This document shows positions 48,651 to 53,059 of a stretch of 53,059 nucleotides of DNA, in pieces. The first letter of the stretch is position 1; each line of letters opens with the position of its first letter. Origin of the DNA: Candidatus Doudnabacteria bacterium (lineage in GTDB: Bacteria; Patescibacteriota; Doudnabacteria; UBA920); the NCBI GenBank assembly GCA_903908535.1, contig CAIVSE010000033.1, forward strand, positions 1 through 53,059, given 5' to 3'. A program made the position numbers and the translations under genes. Below the pieces are notes generated by a model, which saw only the letters and a list, made by a program, of their open reading frames with translations, searched no databases and was not told the DNA's origin.

Positions 48651-50315
48651 TTATTTCAGCAGCTGTTGCGCGATAAGGTTTTCGCACAGTTCTTCCACAA
48701 AGCGCTTGACCGGCCGGGCGCCAAAGCGCGGGTCGGCCAAAGTCCTGACTTTTTGCTCCAAAATTTCGCGCGTAATGGAAAATTTAATCTTGTGTTCCTC
48801 CACCCTGCGCTCAATTTTTTGAATCTCCAAAAGGGCGATGTCGGTAAGGGCGTCCACGGACAGGGGATTGTAAATTAAAATGCCGTCAAAGCGGTTTAAA
48901 AATTCCGCGCGGAAGCTGCCCCTTAAAATTGGCATAATTACCTCCCGCAAAAACAGGGGACCGGAAATATCAATATGGTTCTCGGCGTGTTTAATGATGT
49001 CGTCCACGGCCAGGTTGGAGGTGGCCATAAAAATAGCGTGCGTGGCGTCCATGGTATCGCCCTGGCCCGAGGTCAGCCGGCCGTCATCCAACAGCTGTAA
49101 AAAAATGTCAAAAATTTTGGGGTGGGCTTTTTCTATCTCATCCAGCAAAATTAAGGAATGGGGCGTATTTTTTAAGTGGTTGGTCAGCTGGCCGCCTTCG
49201 CTTGAGCCTACGTATCCGGGAGGCGAGCCAATAAGCCTGGCCACGGTGTGGGGTTCGGAGAATTCCGACATGTCTATCCTCAAAAAAGCCGAGGGCTTGC
49301 CGAACATTTGCCGGGCCAAAACTTTGGCGGTTTCGGTTTTGCCCACGCCGGACGGCCCCAGCAACAAAAATGAGCCTAAAGGGCGGCTTTGGTTTTTTAA
49401 TCCCAATTGGGCCCGCTGGATGACGGAAGTAATTTTTTTTAAAGCGCCCGATTGGCCGATGACGCCGGCTTCCAGGCTGGGCAAGAGATTTTTCAATTTC
49501 TGCCGCTGGCTTTGGGCCAGGCTGGCCACGGGGATGCCGGTTTTTTCCGCCACAATGGCGTTAATGGTTTCCGCTTCCAGTTCTGTGCCGGCAACGGGGT
49601 TGGTTTTAATGGCAGCCAGGACCTCATCCATCAATTGTCCGGCCGACCTTGGCAGCTGCCCCAGGCTGGGAAACTGGGCGCAATATTTTAAAATTTGTTC
49701 AATGGCCCGCGCTGAAATCTTTAAACCGGTTTTGCCGGTAAGTTCCGCGGCTAAGGATTTAATGATTTGTTTCAGTTCGGCTTCGGGTTGCGGTTCTAAA
49801 ATCAACGCGTCAAAACTCCGGAAAAAATTGGGCGCTTGGACCAGGCACCATTCCCAATCCTTGGTTTCCAAACCTAAAATAAGCTTGGTGGCAGGTTGCT
49901 CCAACAGGGGCTGCAGCAGCTGGGTGAAAATGTGCAGAGCCCCGGGCTGGTTCTGCGCCAGCCGGCCAAAGTCATCTATTATTATAATGCCGTTGTTAAT
50001 GGTGCCCAGCGCGTCTTTGTATTTGCCCAGCGGCGCCGAAGCTGAACCGGCGGCCTGTAAACTTGCCGGTGACAATTCAACTAGGGGCTGTTTTTGGAAA
50101 GGCGCCAAACCGGCAATGCCTCCGGCCCAAGCCCGGAGCAGGGCCGTTTTGCCAATGCCGCCCGGGCCAACCACAGCCGCGTTGTTCTGCTGCTGCCTGG
50201 CCGCGATGCGGGTTAAGCGCTGCAGTTCCTTTTGGCGGCCAAAAAATTCCGGCAGGCGTCCGGCCTGTTTTTCCAGCCTTAAATCGTAATATTGCAGTTT
50301 TGAGAAATCGGACAT
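48651..50315 (-). CDS. Clp/Hsp100-family double-AAA+ ATPase lacking N- and M-domains; D1 Walker B degenerate
   Basis: D1 has GPGGIGKT and IIIIDDF. D2 has LLLGPSGVGKTETAKVLA, GSPPGYVGSSEGGQLT, LLDEIEKAHP, RAEFLNRFD and a D2-small domain. Confidence 0.85.
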   Translation of the reverse strand: MSDFSKLQYYDLRLEKQAGRLPEFFGRQKELQRLTRIAARQQQNNAAVVGPGGIGKTALLRAWAGGIAGLAPFQKQPLVELSPASLQAAGSASAPLGKYKDALGTINNGIIIIDDFGRLAQNQPGALHIFTQLLQPLLEQPATKLILGLETKDWEWCLVQAPNFFRSFDALILEPQPEAELKQIIKSLAAELTGKTGLKISARAIEQILKYCAQFPSLGQLPRSAGQLMDEVLAAIKTNPVAGTELEAETINAIVAEKTGIPVASLAQSQRQKLKNLLPSLEAGVIGQSGALKKITSVIQRAQLGLKNQSRPLGSFLLLGPSGVGKTETAKVLARQMFGKPSAFLRIDMSEFSEPHTVARLIGSPPGYVGSSEGGQLTNHLKNTPHSLILLDEIEKAHPKIFDIFLQLLDDGRLTSGQGDTMDATHAIFMATSNLAVDDIIKHAENHIDISGPLFLREVIMPILRGSFRAEFLNRFDGILIYNPLSVDALTDIALLEIQKIERRVEEHKIKFSITREILEQKVRTLADPRFGARPVKRFVEELCENLIAQQLLK

Positions 50316-50321
50316 AGGTTA

Positions 50322-52595
50322 TTACGCGGTTATTTGCAGGGCTTGTCGCCTGCCGCCGGAACGGTTGTTCTGTTCATTTATAATTTGGTCTATGGGAATG
50401 GCGCGGCGGGTATTAATCTCGTTCATCCCCGGCCTAGGTATTTGGGCCTGCGTTTCCGCAGTTGAAATGTTTTGTTTTATGGGGACTGCCTTTGCCATTG
50501 CCGGCTGCTGGGGCGCCGTTTTTAGGTGCGTTGAGGATAGTAAAATAATTTGCTGCAATAGGTTGGGTTTGGCCGGTTTTGCAGCCTTTGCGGGGCGGCC
50601 CTCAAGGGGAGTTGGAATTGTGGCTCTGCGGGTCGGTTGCGATTTAAACCCTCCAACAGGGCCAACCTGCTTGTTAACCTGATGGTTGACCTGTGGGACA
50701 ATTTCTCTTTGCGGCGGAATTATTCTATGCAGGATTTCCAGGGTTGCACGGGGAGCGGTTAATGTTTTGTTTTCCCTAACAATAGGCTTGGTCTGGATAG
50801 GTTGCGCTGGTTGTGCCGGTTCCGCTATACCCCCTTGTTCCAGGAAATTATAAAAAGCTTCTTGCAGGTTTTTTGCGGGGAGCGGTTTTAAAACTCGTTC
50901 AGCTTGAATTCCCGCTGCCTTCTTCGGTTCGTCCTTTGTGATTATCTGCTCTTTAATATCAATTTTAAGCGTCGGAATTTCCGTTTCCAATTCATTAATA
51001 ACCGGGATTGTAATTTCAGGTTTGTCCAGTGGAAGTGCATTTTTGTATTTAGATTCAGTCTCTGGCGCTATTTTTAGAGCTGCTTTCCGGACTATTTGTT
51101 TAGATGCGTCTTGCCTGTGTTCCTGTTCCGGTTCGCTTTTAAGGTTATTTATATATTCCGACTCAATTTTTGTAATAATCTCCTGACCGGTCTCAATTTT
51201 AGGTGTAAAAATTTTGGTAGGAAATTCCGTTTTTTCCAAAGCCGGGATTGAGATTTCGCGTTTTTGAACTTGTGGTATTTCCCGACGGATGATTTGATCT
51301 TTTTGGGCTGGTTGTATCTCTAAGTCTGTAGACCTATCCTTAATTTTATTTTCAAAATTGTTTTTGGGTTCGGTAGCTTCTGTAATCGGTCCAGCCTTTT
51401 CCTTTACCGCAAGTTCTCCTTCAAAAACAATTTCCCTCACAAAGGTATTGTCCGCCAATTCCTTTATTAACTGTTTTGATTCCTGTGCGACAGTTATTTT
51501 TATTGCTTCCGGCTCTGCCGTATCCATATGAGCGTCATAAAGAGGTTCTTTAATAGGTTCTTTCGCGTAGGCCACGTCAGCCGCAGCAGGCTCCATAGCT
51601 AACCGGACTTCAGGGGCCTTCAAAATATGACCGCTAGTTTTGATTTCTTCGTTAACCGGCTCGTCCAAGATTAATTTAATACCAAAACTTTCCGCGACAT
51701 CTTGTTGGACAGCGCTGTGCTCAACTGCCGCCCGTTGTCCTAAGGTAGGTCCCAAATTATGGGTGGTCATTTTTTCATAGGTCTGGCCGGAGCCAGTTTT
51801 GGCGTCTGACGCTTCCCGTTCAAAAAATTCCTGGAAATTAAATTGTTCAGTCTTTGACGCAGAACTTATCTCCTCAATGATGGGCGAGTAAAAATTAAAT
51901 TCTTGTCGAGGGCGAAATTCCGTGGTTAATGGCACGGCTAGGTTTTCCACAGCATCAGCGACATTTTTTTCTCCAACGTCATATTTCCGCGCCGGTCCCA
52001 AAATTTCATCCAGGGAAATAACAATAGGTTCAGCGTCAGCGGGGGAGAGGCCCGGCGCGCCAACTTCATCCGCCGGCGGAATTTCGGATATGTTTTCCTG
52101 CCTGCCGGTTTCCTGAAATTTATAAATTTCGTAACTGATGCGCCCGTTCTCGTCGGCGAAATAAATATGCAGCTCCCTGGACAGTTCTCCCGGGGTGTGG
52201 CTTATAAAGCCACTGACCGCGTAGCCATAATTATAGAGTCCATCTAAAATTTGCAAATGAGAACTTTCTATGGAGCTGCCTTTTACTTGTTCGGTGTTAG
52301 AAACTTTTTCACCCTCTTCAGTTTCAAATAACCATTCTTTGCCGTCTTTTTTTAAAATATCGCCCCCCATTGACTGTGCTGTTTTTTCCCATTGCGAAAA
52401 GTCCAGTCCCAAGGAAATTTTAACTTCTTCTAAAGATCCATGCTGAAAATTATTTTCGCCTGTTAAGCCTTCGGCTAATTTGGCCGTGTGTCTTCCAAAA
52501 TCATCAGTTGCTGTTTCCGCGGGATTTACAATTTCAAAACCAGCTTCATCTTTATTCCCGTCTTCTTTTATTGTTAGTTGTTCGGTTTGCTGCAT
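50322..52595 (-). CDS. Large acidic, low-complexity protein (757 aa) of unknown function
   Basis: This is a long uninterrupted ORF at the head of the operon, rich in E/K/I/P/T/Q. No TM segment or signal peptide was seen. Confidence 0.7.
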   Translation of the reverse strand: MQQTEQLTIKEDGNKDEAGFEIVNPAETATDDFGRHTAKLAEGLTGENNFQHGSLEEVKISLGLDFSQWEKTAQSMGGDILKKDGKEWLFETEEGEKVSNTEQVKGSSIESSHLQILDGLYNYGYAVSGFISHTPGELSRELHIYFADENGRISYEIYKFQETGRQENISEIPPADEVGAPGLSPADAEPIVISLDEILGPARKYDVGEKNVADAVENLAVPLTTEFRPRQEFNFYSPIIEEISSASKTEQFNFQEFFEREASDAKTGSGQTYEKMTTHNLGPTLGQRAAVEHSAVQQDVAESFGIKLILDEPVNEEIKTSGHILKAPEVRLAMEPAAADVAYAKEPIKEPLYDAHMDTAEPEAIKITVAQESKQLIKELADNTFVREIVFEGELAVKEKAGPITEATEPKNNFENKIKDRSTDLEIQPAQKDQIIRREIPQVQKREISIPALEKTEFPTKIFTPKIETGQEIITKIESEYINNLKSEPEQEHRQDASKQIVRKAALKIAPETESKYKNALPLDKPEITIPVINELETEIPTLKIDIKEQIITKDEPKKAAGIQAERVLKPLPAKNLQEAFYNFLEQGGIAEPAQPAQPIQTKPIVRENKTLTAPRATLEILHRIIPPQREIVPQVNHQVNKQVGPVGGFKSQPTRRATIPTPLEGRPAKAAKPAKPNLLQQIILLSSTHLKTAPQQPAMAKAVPIKQNISTAETQAQIPRPGMNEINTRRAIPIDQIINEQNNRSGGRRQALQITA

Positions 52596-52891
52596 ATGGA
52601 TGTTATCCGACTTGGCGTAAAGCTATGTCAGATTATTTTCTATAAATATAATAAAGTAAATAAAAATCCGCCCACGCAGGACGGAAAAAAATTCTTAAGA
52701 ATTCCTGCGCGGGAGAAAATAAACTTATTTAGTAATCCGGCTTAATCCGTCTTGGCGGATTTCACGGTTGCGGCACAGCGTTGGATTTTCATCCCCCTTC
52801 GTTAAGACTTCCGCCTACGTTAAAATTTCGGCGGACAAATCGGAGGACAATACCAAACTTCCCTAGACAAGTTTTCAAATTGTTAAAACTC

Positions 52892-52969
52892 TGTATCCAC
52901 ATATTAGCCCCGGCTGGGGACAATGTCAATAAAAAATTACTGTATTTTTACAAAAAAAGTTGTGGATAA
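52892..52969. promoter_or_regulatory. DnaA-box-like motifs near the window edge (possible oriC or dnaA promoter vicinity)
   Basis: TGTATCCACA lies at 52892-52901 and a perfect TTATCCACA (reverse strand) at 52961-52969, in an AT-rich non-coding stretch. Confidence 0.35.
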
Positions 52970-53059
52970 CTTAAAAAGACAAAAGACCGTTTAAAACTGT
53001 GGTTTGCCAATTTTAGCAAACTATGTTCCGGCAAGAAAAATAAAAAAGCTTGGCTGGAA

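Noticed and set aside
48880-50289. 469-aa ORF on the plus strand
   Set aside because: It is entirely antisense to the Clp/Hsp100-like gene, whose AAA+ motifs are unambiguous. Its translation is Ser/Pro/Ala/Cys-rich and has no recognisable motif.
1-53059. CRISPR array
   Set aside because: No series of short identical repeats with regular unique spacers was seen. The repeats present are long (100-185 nt), dispersed and internally palindromic.
1-53059. Alternative genetic code (UGA recoding as in some CPR lineages)
   Set aside because: Recognisable genes are full length under the standard code, and several end at TGA at the expected position, for example the ATP-grasp gene at 46878-46880.

Overview
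The window looks like a gene-dense stretch of a small bacterial genome that uses the standard genetic code. Compact housekeeping genes, partial pathways and a large surface protein suggest a CPR/Patescibacteria-like organism, but this is inference only. Core genes recognised from motifs are ppsA (5'-truncated), dnaG, rpoD, rarA, htrA-like, trxB, riboflavin genes (kinase, ribE, ribH), efp, rpsR, ssb, rpsF, ychF, trpS, rnj, secG, uvrC, a Rel/SpoT enzyme, mutM and bcp. Three tRNAs are present: Ser-GGA, Glu-UUC and Leu-CAG. The accessory content lies mainly at 28.3-36.8 kb. It comprises a RAYT-type Y1 transposase with local GGGGCGCC palindromes, hicBA, an IS200-type element, DUF805 and RadC-like genes, a 108-aa ORF plus PIN-like pair, and a large serine recombinase whose 3' end runs antisense into tRNA-Leu. 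The most unusual signal is non-coding: six copies of a ~180-nt nested-hairpin intergenic element whose helices are kept by compensatory base changes. They often fill the whole gap after stop codons. A second repeat of 100 nt brackets rpsR. Other candidates are listed here. (1) A tight four-gene minus-strand operon at 47.1-52.6 kb encodes a 757-aa acidic low-complexity protein, a domain-minimal double-AAA+ Clp/Hsp100-like ATPase, a 98-aa protein and a soluble VirD4/TraD/HerA-like ATPase. (2) A 715-aa secreted repeat protein has a 583-residue stretch without any D/E/K/R. (3) A DHCR24-like FAD oxidoreductase sits next to an SDR. (4) Two paralogous small genes share a promoter/leader. (5) The DnaA-box consensus TTATCCACA recurs, including a cluster at the right edge. 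All calls come from reading the sequence and ORF track by eye. No searches or folding programs were run, and motif scans are not exhaustive.
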